From Bacillota bacterium (lineage in GTDB: Bacteria > Bacillota > Clostridia > Oscillospirales > Acutalibacteraceae), in the NCBI GenBank assembly GCA_023460155.1, contig JAEWRF010000228.1, positions 1-59,941 on the forward strand: a stretch of 59,941 nt of DNA, written 5' to 3'. Positions 39,395 through 50,304 of this stretch are shown one piece after another. The notes under the pieces were generated by a model. The model was not told the origin of the DNA, ran no database searches, and saw only the letters and a list, made by a program, of their open reading frames with translations. Within the stretch, counting starts at the first letter, position 1; each line of letters opens with the position of its first letter. Made by a program: the position numbers and the translations under genes.

Positions 39395-40558
39395 CTGAGC
39401 CGAACAAAAATTTCAGCAAAGCAGATGGAGGCGCTTCTCGCCCTTTACTATTTCGGCAGTTCGCTGGTGACCGGCGGAGGAGGCATCTCAAAGCAGGACG
39501 GCTGGCTGTGCATTATCATCGGCACCGGCCTCGCTGTTCTGCTCGTATGGATCTATTCCGCCGTGCTGGAGCTCTATCCGGGCCGGAACTTCTACGACAA
39601 CATCATCCGGGCCTGCGGCAAAATTCCGGGGAAAATTCTGGTGCTTCTTTTTTGCCTGTATCTGATCCTTTTCAGCGGACAGGTTCTGCGCAACGAAGCC
39701 GAATTCATTCACATCATCAACCTGAAGATCACCCCGCTGCCGGTGATTCTTGCCGCGCTGATCGGAGCATGCATTTATATTCTGAGCCACCGGATTTTTT
39801 CGCTTGCGCGCATTGCAAAATTTATTGCACCGTTCGTTTTTGTGTTTATTTCCCTCACGGTTGTGCTCTCCATCAAGGACTGGAATTTCTCCCATATGAA
39901 GCCGTTCCTCGGGAGCGGCTTTTCCTCCATCGCGGGCGGGAGCCTGCTGGTTCTTTCACTTCCGTTCGGGGAAAGCGCAATATGCGCCCCGCTGTTCGGC
40001 CAGTTGGACCCAAAGGTAAAAAGCTACCCTGTGTTCGTGAAGGGCATTCTGCTCGGGTCCAGCATCATGGTTGCGGCCAGTCTCAGGAACATTCTGGTTC
40101 TCGGCTATAGCGACGGATCCTATATGTTTCCCTCCTATTCGGCCGTCAGCGTCATCGCCGTGGGGGAATTTTTCACCCGGTTTGAGGTGCTGATCAACAT
40201 CAACCTGCTTCTCGCGGGCCTTTTCAAGATCGCGGTCATCATTTACGCGCTTGCCTCCGCTTTTGCGAAGGTGTTCGGCATGAAGGATTACGAGCCGCTT
40301 GTCGCCTCGTGCGCCCTGATTATGCTTACCGATTCCCTCTATTTCGTCAGTAATACGCAGGAAATTCTTCAGGTGGTCCGCAGCATTCCGGTGCTTTCCT
40401 ATCCGTTCCAGCTTGTGATTCCGCTCATCGCGCTGATTGTCGGCAAGCTGCGCAGCCGCCTCGCGCCGAAGGAGCCTGGCTCCGGCCCGCCGCCGAAGGA
40501 AAAGCCGAAGCTTTTCCGCCCGCGGGCAAAGCCGAACGCGGAACCGCCGCCCGCCTGA
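39395..40558 (+). CDS. Germinant receptor B subunit, copy 1
   Basis: 'QDGW', 'TP', 'PFGE', 'FFTRFE'; multi-TM; probable CTG start. Confidence 0.9.
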   Translation: MSRTKISAKQMEALLALYYFGSSLVTGGGGISKQDGWLCIIIGTGLAVLLVWIYSAVLELYPGRNFYDNIIRACGKIPGKILVLLFCLYLILFSGQVLRNEAEFIHIINLKITPLPVILAALIGACIYILSHRIFSLARIAKFIAPFVFVFISLTVVLSIKDWNFSHMKPFLGSGFSSIAGGSLLVLSLPFGESAICAPLFGQLDPKVKSYPVFVKGILLGSSIMVAASLRNILVLGYSDGSYMFPSYSAVSVIAVGEFFTRFEVLININLLLAGLFKIAVIIYALASAFAKVFGMKDYEPLVASCALIMLTDSLYFVSNTQEILQVVRSIPVLSYPFQLVIPLIALIVGKLRSRLAPKEPGSGPPPKEKPKLFRPRAKPNAEPPPA

Positions 40559-40598
40559 AACAGAAGACCGCCTGATTCCGCAGAAGGAGGAACGGACC

Positions 40599-41726
40599 CT
40601 GAAAAAAACGGAAATTACCGCCTGGCAGATGGAATGTCTGCTGGCCGTCTTTTATGTGGGAAGCTCCACGGTTACAGGGGGAAGCGCCATTGCAAAACAG
40701 GATACGTGGTTCTGCCTGATCGTCGGCACATTTCTCTCCTTTTTGCTTTTTTGGCTGTATTCCGCCGTCATTGAGCTTTACCCCGGCCGGAACTATTACG
40801 ACAACATCATCAAAGCCTGCGGAACCGTTCCCGGAAAAATTCTGGTGTCCGTTCTCGCCCTGTACGCGCTGTTTACCGGCGCGCTCGTGCTGCGCGACGA
40901 CGCCGAGTTCATTCAAATCGAGAACCTGACGGAGACTCCTCTGATTGCCCTTTATGTGAGCATGCTCGGAGCGGCGCTCTATGTTCTGAGGGACCGCATC
41001 TATGTGGCTGCAAGGCTCGCAAAGTTTTTTCTCCCGGTTATTTTCGGCTCCATTGCCATTACGGTGATCTTTTCCATGAAAGATTGGGACCTTGCCCATA
41101 TCAAGCCGTACCTGAACACCGGATTCTCCTCCATTGCAGGAGGCAGTCTGCTGGTGCTCTCGCTCCCGTTCGGGGAATCCGCCGTCTGCGCCTCCCTGTT
41201 CGGCCAGCTGGATTCCCGCGTCAGGCCCTTTCCCGTGTTTGCAAAGAGCGCCGTCCTCGGCTCTTTTGTTCTGCTGATTGCCAATCTGCGGAACATTCTC
41301 ACCCTCGGCTACTCCTCGGGTCTCTACTCGTTTTCCTCCTATGAGGCGGTAAGCATGATCGCACTGGGCGAATTCTTCACAAGGATCGAGGTTCTCATCG
41401 GAATCGTTCTGCTGCTGACCGGCTTTTTCAAGGGCTGCGTTTTCCTTTTCTGCTGTGCTTCCGGCGTGGCCAAGGTGCTCGGCCTCAAGGATTACGAGCC
41501 GATTTCCGCCTCCTGCGCGCTGTTTCTGCTGACCGCCACCATGTTTGCCGTGAGCGACTCGCAGGAGTTGATGAAAATCGTGCCCCTCGTCCCCGTTTAT
41601 TCCCTGCCGATTCAGGTTCTGGTGCCGCTCGCCGCGCTGATTGCGGGGAAGCTGAGGAACCGCCGGAGCCCGAAAAAGCAGATGTGCAGGCAGCCGAGGA
41701 CAGCCCCGGAGCCCCCTTCCCTGTAA
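40599..41726 (+). CDS. Germinant receptor B subunit, copy 2
   Basis: 'QDTW', 'ETP', 'PFGE', 'FFTRIE'; probable CTG start. Confidence 0.9.
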   Translation: MKKTEITAWQMECLLAVFYVGSSTVTGGSAIAKQDTWFCLIVGTFLSFLLFWLYSAVIELYPGRNYYDNIIKACGTVPGKILVSVLALYALFTGALVLRDDAEFIQIENLTETPLIALYVSMLGAALYVLRDRIYVAARLAKFFLPVIFGSIAITVIFSMKDWDLAHIKPYLNTGFSSIAGGSLLVLSLPFGESAVCASLFGQLDSRVRPFPVFAKSAVLGSFVLLIANLRNILTLGYSSGLYSFSSYEAVSMIALGEFFTRIEVLIGIVLLLTGFFKGCVFLFCCASGVAKVLGLKDYEPISASCALFLLTATMFAVSDSQELMKIVPLVPVYSLPIQVLVPLAALIAGKLRNRRSPKKQMCRQPRTAPEPPSL

Positions 41727-41758
41727 GCCGCCGGATTTCGCAAAAGGAGGAATGAGCC

Positions 41759-42889
41759 CTGAAAAAGACAGAGATTACATCCAGACAGATGTCGTGCCTG
41801 CTGGCCGTCTTCTTCTTCGGAAGCGCCACGGCTCTTGGGGGGAATTTTGAGTTTCAGGACTCCTGGGTCTGCATTGTAATCGGTTTTTCGCTCTCTCTCC
41901 TTCTGTTTTCTCTTTATGCCGCCGTCATTGAGCTGTACCCCGGGCGGAACTATTATGACAACATCATCAAGGCCTGCGGCTGCGGCGGAATCCCCGGTAA
42001 GATTCTGGTGCTCATTCTTTCGCTGTACTCGCTTTTTACCGGCGCGCTGCTTCTGCGGGAGCAAACCGAGTTCATCCACATCGTCAACCTGTCGGGAACC
42101 CCGCTGCTGGCCATTGAAGCCGCCCTCACGGGAACCGCTGTCTTTGTTATGAGAACAAGAATGAATGTTTTGGCGCGGCTGGCGAAATTCCTGCTGCCGA
42201 TTCTGATCGTCATCAGCGGTATCACCGTGGTTCTTTCCGTAAAGGATTGGCATTTCTCCCATCTCAAACCGTTCCTTTCCACCGGCTTCCCCGGCATTGC
42301 GGGAGGAAGCCTGCTTGTGCTCTCGCTCCCGTTCGGGGAATGCGTTGTGTGTGCTTCCATGTTCGGGCAGCTGGAACGCAGTGCAAAGCCGTTCCGCGTT
42401 TTCCGGAACGGCGCCCTGATCGGCGCCGCCGTCATTCTGTGGTCGAACATGCGGAATATTCTGATTCTCGGCTATTCAAACGGTCTTTACGCGTTTTCCT
42501 CTTATACGGCCGTCAGCGTAGTCGCTTTGGGAGAATTTTTCACCCGCATTGAGGTGATGATCGGCATTGTCCTGCTGTTCAGCGGCCTTGCCAAAATCTG
42601 TGTGTTTCTGTTCAGCTGCACCTCGGGATTCGCGAAGGTGCTCGGCCTGAAGGATTACGAACCGCTTTCAGCGGCCGGCGGGCTCCTGATCCTGAGTGTG
42701 GCAATGTTTATTGTAAAGGATTCGCAGGAACTGCTGAAATTTATCCCGCTCATCCCCTGTTATTCGCTTCCGATTCAGATTCTGGTGCCTCTTGCCGCGC
42801 TGATTGCGGGGAAGCTCCGGAACGGCGGCAGCGCGAAAAAGAAGCGGGTTCCGAAAAGCGAAGACCGGGAGGCGGCCCGGGCGGAGTAG
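41759..42889 (+). CDS. Germinant receptor B subunit, copy 3
   Basis: 'QDSW', 'TP', 'PFGE', 'FFTRIE'; probable CTG start. Confidence 0.9.
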   Translation: MKKTEITSRQMSCLLAVFFFGSATALGGNFEFQDSWVCIVIGFSLSLLLFSLYAAVIELYPGRNYYDNIIKACGCGGIPGKILVLILSLYSLFTGALLLREQTEFIHIVNLSGTPLLAIEAALTGTAVFVMRTRMNVLARLAKFLLPILIVISGITVVLSVKDWHFSHLKPFLSTGFPGIAGGSLLVLSLPFGECVVCASMFGQLERSAKPFRVFRNGALIGAAVILWSNMRNILILGYSNGLYAFSSYTAVSVVALGEFFTRIEVMIGIVLLFSGLAKICVFLFSCTSGFAKVLGLKDYEPLSAAGGLLILSVAMFIVKDSQELLKFIPLIPCYSLPIQILVPLAALIAGKLRNGGSAKKKRVPKSEDREAARAE

Positions 42890-43144
42890 CGGGCGGCTCA
42901 TCTTCCGGAGAACCTTCTCCGGAAGATTTTTTTCGCCCGGCGCGGCCGGTCGGATTGTTTACAAATTTTCTTTATTTTTGATTTTTCCCATGTTATAATG
43001 AAAAAGAATACGGGGTGGAAAATGCCCTGTTGAAGAAAGACAAGTCCCTTACGGGTTTGTTGAGCAGACAGGCCGTTCTATGATTTTATTGACAGGCCAG
43101 GCGGCATTTCGTGCCGCGATCCTATTTTGAGGTGATAAATAAGC

Positions 43145-45895
43145 ATGAGCAATAATATTCTGACCGCTTTTTTCGGCAACTACAGCCGACGTGAAATCAA
43201 GCGGATCCAGCCGCTGTGCAGGGAAGTTCTGGACCTGGAGGACCGCTACAAGCAAATGAGCGACGAGGAACTCAAGGCGCAGACTCCCGCCCTGAAGGCC
43301 CGGCTGGAAGAGGGCGCAACCCTCGACGACATTCTGCCGGACGCCTTCGCCGTCTGCCGCGAAGCCTCCGACCGCGTGCTGGGCATGCGGCACTTCCCGG
43401 TGCAGATTCTCGGCGGCATCGTCCTGCATCAGGGCCGCATCTCCGAAATGAAGACCGGCGAAGGAAAAACGCTGGTGGCGACTCTGCCGGCCTACCTGAA
43501 CGCCCTTTCGGGCAAAGGGGTTCACATCGTCACGGTCAACGATTACCTGGCACGCCGCGACTCCGAGTGGATGGGCAAAATCTACCGGTTCCTCGGTTTA
43601 ACCGTCGGCCTGATCGTCCACGACCTGGACAACGACCAGCGCAAAGCGGCCTACGGCTCCGACATTACCTACGGCACGAACAACGAGTTCGGGTTCGATT
43701 ACCTGCGTGACAACATGGTCATCTATCAGGAGCAGAAGGTGCAGCGCGGCCACAATTACGCCATCGTCGACGAAGTCGACTCTATCCTGATCGATGAGGC
43801 GCGCACACCGCTCATCATTTCCGGCCAGGGCGAAAAATCCACGGAGATGTACACCATCGCCGACCACTTCGCCAAATCCCTCCGCTGCGTGAAGGTGGCG
43901 GAGCTGAACGAAAAGGAAGACAACGACGAGCTTTATCAGGACGCCGATTACATTGTGGACGAGAAGGCGAAAACCGCCACTCTGACGCGCGCGGGCGTGA
44001 AAAAGACCGAGACGTTCTTCAAAATCGACAACCTGACCGACGCCGAGAACATCAACATCCAGCATTACGTCAACCAGGCCATTAAGGCGCGCGGCGTCAT
44101 GCAGCGGGATATCGACTACGTCGTCAAGGACGGCGAAGTTCTCATCGTCGACGAGTTCACCGGCCGCCTGATGTACGGCCGCCGCTACAACGAAGGCCTG
44201 CACCAGGCCATCGAGGCGAAGGAGGGCGTCACCGTCGCGCACGAGAGCAAGACGCTTGCCGACATCACCTTCCAGAACTACTTCCGCATGTACGCGAAGC
44301 TCTCCGGCATGACGGGCACAGCCATGACGGAGGAAGCCGAATTCCGCGAAATCTATAAGCTGGACGTCATCGAGGTTCCCACGAACAAGCCGATGATCCG
44401 TCAGGATCTGCCGGACATCGTCTACAAGACGGAGGCGGCGAAGTTCAACGCGGTCATCGAGGACATCATCGAACACCATAAATCCGGGCAGCCGGTTCTG
44501 GTGGGCACCATTTCGATTGAAAAATCGGAGGTGCTGAGCTCTCTGCTGAAAAAACAGGGCGTTCCGCATGAGGTGCTGAACGCGAAGTTCCACGACAAGG
44601 AAGCGCAGATCGTCGCACAGGCCGGCCGGAAGAACGCCGTAACCATCGCGACGAACATGGCCGGACGCGGCACCGACATCGTGCTGGGCGGCAACTCGGA
44701 ATACATGGCAAAAGCGGAAATGCGCAAGCAGGGCTTTACGGAGGAACTGATTGCCGAGGCCGACGCGCACTCCGATACCGACAACGAAGAAATCCTCGGG
44801 GCCCGCGAAACCTTCCGGGTCCTCGATGAAAAATACAAGGAACAAACCAAAGCCGAGGCGGAGGAGGTCCGGGCTGCCGGCGGGCTTTACATCATCGGCA
44901 CCGAGCGGCACGAATCCCGCCGCATCGACAACCAGCTGCGCGGCCGTTCCGGCCGTCAGGGCGACCCCGGCATGAGCCGGTTCTACATCTCGCTGGAAGA
45001 CGACCTGATGCGCCTCTTCGGCGGCGACCGCATCACCGCACTGATGGAGCGCCTCAAGGTGGAGGAAAACGTTCCGATCGAAGCCAAGATGCTCTCCGGC
45101 ACCATTGAAAGTGCCCAGCGCAAGATTGAGGGCCGGAACTTCGGCATCCGCAAAAACGTGCTGCAGTTCGACGACGTCATGAACCGCCAGCGCGAGATCA
45201 TCTACGGGCAGCGCGATCAGGTTCTGAACGGTGAAAACCTGAAGGAACAGATTCTGAAAATGATCGAACAGGCAATCAACGACCAGACCTTCACCTTCCT
45301 GCCGAAGGAAGCCGAGCGCGAAACCTGGAACCTGCAGGGCCTGCGCGACCACTATATGGGCTGGCTGATCGGCCCGGAGGACCTCGTCTATACCGAAGAG
45401 GAAAAGGTCCGTCTGGAGCCGGAGGACGTTGCGAAGGATCTGTACGCGAAAGCGGAAGAACTTTACGAGAAGCGCGAAGCCGCCTTCACCCCTGAAATCA
45501 CCCGCGAGCTGGAGCGCGTGGTGATGCTCAAGAACGTGGATACCGAGTGGATGGATCACATCGACGCCATGGAGGAGCTGCAGAAGGGCATCCGCCTGCG
45601 CGCCTACGGCCAGAAGGATCCGGTCGTCGAGTACCGCATCGAGGGCTTCGACATGTTCGACGCCATGATTGCCCGCATCCGCGAGAACACGGCCCGCATG
45701 ATCCTGACCGTGCAGATCCGCACCTCGGAGGAACCGAAGCGCGAACAGGTGGCCCAGCCCACAACGACGAGCGGCGGCGACGGCTCTGAGGCCAACACCC
45801 CCGTGCGCAAGGGCAAAAAGCCCGGCCGGAACGATCCCTGCCCCTGCGGCAGCGGCAAAAAGTACAAAAAGTGCTGCGGCCGGAACGAAGCCTGA
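43145..45895 (+). CDS. secA: Preprotein translocase ATPase SecA
   Basis: 'MKTGEGKT', 'DEVD', '[10 protein letters not shown]', C-terminal SEC-C motif. Confidence 0.99.
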   Translation: MSNNILTAFFGNYSRREIKRIQPLCREVLDLEDRYKQMSDEELKAQTPALKARLEEGATLDDILPDAFAVCREASDRVLGMRHFPVQILGGIVLHQGRISEMKTGEGKTLVATLPAYLNALSGKGVHIVTVNDYLARRDSEWMGKIYRFLGLTVGLIVHDLDNDQRKAAYGSDITYGTNNEFGFDYLRDNMVIYQEQKVQRGHNYAIVDEVDSILIDEARTPLIISGQGEKSTEMYTIADHFAKSLRCVKVAELNEKEDNDELYQDADYIVDEKAKTATLTRAGVKKTETFFKIDNLTDAENINIQHYVNQAIKARGVMQRDIDYVVKDGEVLIVDEFTGRLMYGRRYNEGLHQAIEAKEGVTVAHESKTLADITFQNYFRMYAKLSGMTGTAMTEEAEFREIYKLDVIEVPTNKPMIRQDLPDIVYKTEAAKFNAVIEDIIEHHKSGQPVLVGTISIEKSEVLSSLLKKQGVPHEVLNAKFHDKEAQIVAQAGRKNAVTIATNMAGRGTDIVLGGNSEYMAKAEMRKQGFTEELIAEADAHSDTDNEEILGARETFRVLDEKYKEQTKAEAEEVRAAGGLYIIGTERHESRRIDNQLRGRSGRQGDPGMSRFYISLEDDLMRLFGGDRITALMERLKVEENVPIEAKMLSGTIESAQRKIEGRNFGIRKNVLQFDDVMNRQREIIYGQRDQVLNGENLKEQILKMIEQAINDQTFTFLPKEAERETWNLQGLRDHYMGWLIGPEDLVYTEEEKVRLEPEDVAKDLYAKAEELYEKREAAFTPEITRELERVVMLKNVDTEWMDHIDAMEELQKGIRLRAYGQKDPVVEYRIEGFDMFDAMIARIRENTARMILTVQIRTSEEPKREQVAQPTTTSGGDGSEANTPVRKGKKPGRNDPCPCGSGKKYKKCCGRNEA

Positions 45896-45996
45896 TTTCT
45901 CCCGAACTAATTTGCCGCCGTGTCTTAAGACACGGCGGTTTTCCATGCAAAAAAACGGCTGAGGAAAAATCCCCAGCCGCTCATAATTTTACCGGA

Positions 45997-47694
45997 TTAT
46001 TGAATTCCAAGGGCCGACGGAACAGCCGCGCGCAGCTTTTCGATCACCGCGAGGGAGGCTTCCTTCGTTTCGGCCTTGCCGGAGAGGTAGACCTTGATCT
46101 TCGGCTCGGTGCCGCTCGGGCGGACGATCACCTTGCTGCCGCCGCTCAGGCGGTACTCCAGCACGTTCGACTTCGGCAGATCGATTGTTTCGGTCTTCCC
46201 GCCCTTGCTCTTAACGGAGGCCTCGTAATCGCTCCAGCCCGAAACGGCGTAGCCGGCAATCTCCTTCGGCGCGTCCTTCCGCAGGGAGTCCATAATCGAG
46301 CCCATGCGGATCATGCCGTCCTCGCCCTCGAAGCCGAAGTTCATCAGCGCATTCTCATAATACCCGTGCTTTTTGTAAAGGGCCTCCATCGCGTCCACGA
46401 GGGTAAGGCCGTTTTTCTTGCACTCGTACGCCATCTGGCAGATGAGCATGCTGGCGTCCACGGCGTCCTTGTCCCGCACGTAGCCGCCGGAAAGATAGCC
46501 GTAGCTTTCCTCAAACCCGAACACGTACCGGTCTGCGCCGCCCTCTTTCTCCAACGTGGCGATCTGGTCGCCGATAAATTTGAATCCGGTCAGCACGCGC
46601 CGCAGTTCGATGCCGTATTCCTCCGCGACGGGCGTCGTCATGTCGGTGCTGACGACCGTCGTGACGGCCACCGGGTTTTTCGGCAGGGTGCCGAGCTCTT
46701 TGCGCTTTTTCGCGACGAAGTCAAGCAGAAGCACGCCCACCTCGTTGCCGCTCATCAGCACGAATTTACCGTGCTGATTGACCGCAATGCCGCAGCGGTC
46801 GCAGTCCGGGTCGGTTGCAACCAGCAGGTCCGGCTGCAGCTTTTCGCTCAGCTCCAGGCCCTTCTGAAGAGCCTCGCGGATCTCCGGGTTCGGGAACGGG
46901 CAGGTGGTGAAATTCCCGTCGGGGAATTCCTGCTCCGGCACGACCGTAACGCTGCCGACGCCGATTTCCTTCAGGATGCGCGTCACGCAGACGCGGCCCG
47001 TGCCGTTTAAGGGCGTGTAGACCACCTTGAGCGAATCGCATGGCTCCGTGAAAACGCGCTGCTTCATCACCTCGGCGAGGAACGCGTCGATCACTTCATC
47101 CGGAATCGTGACGATTTTCCCGCTTTTGACGCCTTCTTCATATCCAATCAGTTTAACATCTTTGAAAATGTCCAAGCTGTTGATTTCGGCTAACACGTCG
47201 TCCGCCATTTGGTTCGTGATCTGGCAGCCGTCGCTGCCGTAAACCTTGTAGCCGTTGTACTTGGCCGGGTTGTGGCTCGCGGTCACGCAGATGCCCGCGT
47301 CGCATTTCAGGCGGCGCACCGCCCAGGAAAGCGTGGGCGTGGGCGAAAGCCACGGGTATATGTGAGCGGTAATGCCGTTCGCCGCCAGCACTGCGGCCGC
47401 CTGCTTCGCGAACAGGTCGGACTTGATGCGGCTGTCGTAGGCGATGGCAACCGACGGGTTTTTCCCGTTTTTATTGAGGTAATTGGCGAGCCCCTGCGTC
47501 GCCTTGCGGACGGTATAGACATTCATCCGGTTGGTGCCCGCGCCGATTACTCCGCGCAGACCCCCGGTTCCGAATTCCAGATTGCGGTAAAAGCGGTCGT
47601 TGATCTCTTCGGGCTGCTCCCGTACGGCCTCCAGTTCTTTTTTCAGATCCGGATCGTCCAGTTCCTGATTCAGCCATCTCTCATACTCGGTCAT
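45997..47694 (-). CDS. pgm: Phosphoglucomutase/phosphomannomutase
   Basis: 'TASHNP', 'DPDCDR', 'FEESYG', 'RPSGTEPK'. Confidence 0.93.
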   Translation of the reverse strand: MTEYERWLNQELDDPDLKKELEAVREQPEEINDRFYRNLEFGTGGLRGVIGAGTNRMNVYTVRKATQGLANYLNKNGKNPSVAIAYDSRIKSDLFAKQAAAVLAANGITAHIYPWLSPTPTLSWAVRRLKCDAGICVTASHNPAKYNGYKVYGSDGCQITNQMADDVLAEINSLDIFKDVKLIGYEEGVKSGKIVTIPDEVIDAFLAEVMKQRVFTEPCDSLKVVYTPLNGTGRVCVTRILKEIGVGSVTVVPEQEFPDGNFTTCPFPNPEIREALQKGLELSEKLQPDLLVATDPDCDRCGIAVNQHGKFVLMSGNEVGVLLLDFVAKKRKELGTLPKNPVAVTTVVSTDMTTPVAEEYGIELRRVLTGFKFIGDQIATLEKEGGADRYVFGFEESYGYLSGGYVRDKDAVDASMLICQMAYECKKNGLTLVDAMEALYKKHGYYENALMNFGFEGEDGMIRMGSIMDSLRKDAPKEIAGYAVSGWSDYEASVKSKGGKTETIDLPKSNVLEYRLSGGSKVIVRPSGTEPKIKVYLSGKAETKEASLAVIEKLRAAVPSALGIQ

Positions 47695-47765
47695 CGTATC
47701 CAGTTCCTTTCGTCAACTGATTCAAAATCCACCTAAAGATTACCATTCGGCGGCCTGCGTGTCAA

Positions 47766-48230
47766 TCAGATTTTCACAATGCCGGTCACGATGCCCGCGC
47801 CGGTGATATCCAGGATGCCGTATGTGCCCTCCGCGCCGCACAGGCTGCCGGGGTTCATGATGTAGAGGCCCCCGCAGTATTCCGTCACACTCCGGTGCGT
47901 GTGGCCGAACAGGAGCACATCCGCATTTTTCCGCCGCGCCGCCGCAATCAGCTCCTCCGTGCCGTACTTCACGTTATAAGTATTACCATGCGTATAGAAT
48001 ATATTTTTGCCGAGGAAAGTTTGCTGCCCTTCGAGCGGGAGACCGCCGCCCCAGTCGCAGTTTCCGCGCACCAGAAAAAACTTTTTCTCGGGGAATTTCT
48101 CCCGCATTTCCAGAGCTTCGTCGGCGCCGTCGCCGAGGTGGATCACTGCCTCCGCCTCCGGCTGCCGAAGGATCGCCTCGCGGAGCGCAAAGCGGTCGCG
48201 GTGGGTATCGGATACGACCAGAATTCTCAC
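47766..48230 (-). CDS. YfcE/YsnB-like metallophosphoesterase
   Basis: 'SDTH', 'HLGD', 'GNCD', 'FGHTH', 'NPGS'; GTG start. Confidence 0.9.
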   Translation of the reverse strand: MRILVVSDTHRDRFALREAILRQPEAEAVIHLGDGADEALEMREKFPEKKFFLVRGNCDWGGGLPLEGQQTFLGKNIFYTHGNTYNVKYGTEELIAAARRKNADVLLFGHTHRSVTEYCGGLYIMNPGSLCGAEGTYGILDITGAGIVTGIVKI

Positions 48231-48256
48231 AGGATGCCTCCCTTGCACGCCGGGCG

Positions 48257-48285
48257 GGTATATCCGGAATGCATTCCACATAAAT
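48257..48285 (+). promoter_or_regulatory. Sigma-E-like promoter
   Basis: GTATA/ATA-16-CATAAAT, same spacing as the spoIIP promoter. Confidence 0.55.
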
Positions 48286-48298
48286 ATGATTCGGGGTG

Positions 48299-48478
48299 AT
48301 GAATATGCCGCAAAACGGGGAAATGAGCCCGGAGCTTCTCGAAGCGCTGGCCTCGAAGCTTGGGCCGGAGGACAAAAAACTTCTGCAGTCGCTTCTTTCC
48401 GACCGCGACGCCTGCCAGAAGATCCTGAACACACCGGAGGCGCAGCAGCTGCTCCGGAAATTCAAGGGAGGAAAATAA
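48299..48478 (+). CDS. Small hypothetical protein (start uncertain)
   Basis: Helical ~58 aa; stop abuts next ATG. Confidence 0.65.
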   Translation: MNMPQNGEMSPELLEALASKLGPEDKKLLQSLLSDRDACQKILNTPEAQQLLRKFKGGK

Positions 48479-48934
48479 ATGGATGACCTCGCCTCCAGGC
48501 TTGGCGAACTGCTCGGCAACCCGGAGAGCCTGGAGAGGATCAAGGCCCTGGCCGGAATGCTGGGCGGCGGCGAAACCGCTCCGCTTCCGGCACAGGAAGC
48601 CCCTGCGCAGAGTGCTCCAAAGCCCGCCGAACCTTCCTTCGGTCCGGAGGGCATGGAAAAGTTGCGGGCTTTGGCCGGCATGCTGGGCGGAGCCGCGCAG
48701 AGTTCCCCGTCTTCCGCACAAAGCGCCCCGGAGCCGGACGCCGACATGATGGGGATGGTGATGAGGCTGGCGCCCATGCTTTCCCGCGCCCGTCAGGAAG
48801 ACGACAGCACACGGCTGCTGCGCGCACTTCGGCCGTTTTTGGGCGAAGCGAGGAGAAAGAAGCTGGATGAAGCGATTAAGCTCATGCAGTTGGTCCGCAT
48901 GGTCCCGTTCCTGCGGGGCAGCGGCCTGTTCTGA
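48479..48934 (+). CDS. Hypothetical protein
   Basis: GGAGG RBS; repeated 'ALAGMLGG'; C-terminal 'LLRALRPFL...KLDEAIK'. Confidence 0.75.
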   Translation: MDDLASRLGELLGNPESLERIKALAGMLGGGETAPLPAQEAPAQSAPKPAEPSFGPEGMEKLRALAGMLGGAAQSSPSSAQSAPEPDADMMGMVMRLAPMLSRARQEDDSTRLLRALRPFLGEARRKKLDEAIKLMQLVRMVPFLRGSGLF

Positions 48935-48945
48935 GGTGGAATTTC

Positions 48946-49353
48946 ATGGCTGAAAACCGAAACGAAGAAACATACAACATGCAGAGCCTGCAGCAGGACG
49001 CCATCCGCCGCGCGCGGGAGATGCAGGCACGGGCGCGTTTTCCCTCAGGCTACATGCCGGTCTCCGCGGTACAGCACGAAGAGCCGCACCCGCACACCGA
49101 GGAAATGCCGGTGAATACCCGCGCGCCCGAGCCTCCCCGCCAAAGCGGCGGAAACTCGCCCGCACGCCCCGAACCGCCCAGACCGGCCCCGCCGCCGGAG
49201 GAGGAGCCTATGCCCGAAAAATTTGCCGGCGGCGCGCTCGATTTTCTGCTGAAGGACAGCGAAAAAACGCTCATTCTCGTTCTCATGCTCATCCTTCTGG
49301 AGGAAAAAACGGACTCTTCGCTGATTTTCGCCCTGATGTATCTGGTTATTTAA
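48946..49353 (+). CDS. Hypothetical protein
   Basis: 'QQDAIRRAREMQ', Pro-rich linker, hydrophobic C-terminus. Confidence 0.75.
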   Translation: MAENRNEETYNMQSLQQDAIRRAREMQARARFPSGYMPVSAVQHEEPHPHTEEMPVNTRAPEPPRQSGGNSPARPEPPRPAPPPEEEPMPEKFAGGALDFLLKDSEKTLILVLMLILLEEKTDSSLIFALMYLVI

Positions 49354-49361
49354 ACGCAGAG

Positions 49362-50285
49362 CTATCCGTCCGACTTCCGGACGGCGTAGATATACTGCTT
49401 TTGGGTGGAAGGGTCGGTCTTGAGGACATAATCCATATATTTCGTCGGCTTCGGCACCGCGCCGGAGCTGACCGCCGCGCCGGACTGCGCGCGCGTCCGG
49501 TCACTGGGCGGAACGTAACCGACATGCACGACGGTTGCGTCGCCCTCTTTTTTTGCATACTCCGAATAAGGCACGTAGGTGCTGTCCAGCGAATACAGTG
49601 AGACATGGAACTGCGCCTTTGCGGAATCATACTTGAAGAAGGACTCCGAAGCCGGATTCTGCGGCTGGAGGCGGCAGTCCGGCCCGAACAGCTCGCGGCA
49701 AGCCGACGCCACGTCGCCCAGCGGGACAAGCGTCCACCCGGCGTCGTCGTAGGAAGTGTAATTCGTCCCGTTTGTGGCGAGAGCCTGCCACAGGGAAGCG
49801 TTTAAAACGAACTCCGGGTCCGCCTTCTCCGGCGAAGCAAACGGTGCCGGGTCCTGCGCCACCGCGATGGTCAGCATGCGGTCGTAGGCACGCAGCTTGG
49901 AGTCATCCGTCAGCGCGGCGTGGATTTTCCCGCCCACCGCCGCCGCAAGGAAGCCCACGCCGCAGAGCGCGAGCAACAGGACAACGGTGCCGACAAATAT
50001 GCCGTAGCCGTGCTTCCCGCGCCGCCGGGCCTTCGGCTTTTCGTCGAACGGCCCCGGCTCCGGGCCGAGCCCGTCGTCCCATTTGGAGAGCAACTGCTCC
50101 CCTTGACCGGATTCGCCCTCCGGCAGGAAGTCGTCCACCTCGGTCTCAGCCGGAAGCCGTTCCTCCGGCTCCGGCGGCAGGGCCGCCTTCCGGGGCTCCG
50201 GCTTCGGTTTCTTTTTTTCCTGCGCGTGTACGCTGCGGTAATCGGCCGAATAACCGCCGATATCCTTGTTGGAATCTTCGCTCAT
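49362..50285 (-). CDS. Hypothetical single-TM protein
   Basis: Charged disordered N-terminus, TM, external domain; follows proA. Confidence 0.7.
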   Translation of the reverse strand: MSEDSNKDIGGYSADYRSVHAQEKKKPKPEPRKAALPPEPEERLPAETEVDDFLPEGESGQGEQLLSKWDDGLGPEPGPFDEKPKARRRGKHGYGIFVGTVVLLLALCGVGFLAAAVGGKIHAALTDDSKLRAYDRMLTIAVAQDPAPFASPEKADPEFVLNASLWQALATNGTNYTSYDDAGWTLVPLGDVASACRELFGPDCRLQPQNPASESFFKYDSAKAQFHVSLYSLDSTYVPYSEYAKKEGDATVVHVGYVPPSDRTRAQSGAAVSSGAVPKPTKYMDYVLKTDPSTQKQYIYAVRKSDG

Positions 50286-50304
50286 CCGACCATTCCCCCT
50301 TTTT

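Noticed and set aside
43000..43144. secA leader as a regulatory RNA
   Set aside because: Only weak pairing, no terminator or convincing uORF
43598..45946. Long antisense ORFs (also 53111-55294, 14110-15789, 6995-8206)
   Set aside because: Shadow frames of GC3-rich conserved genes, with no recognisable motifs
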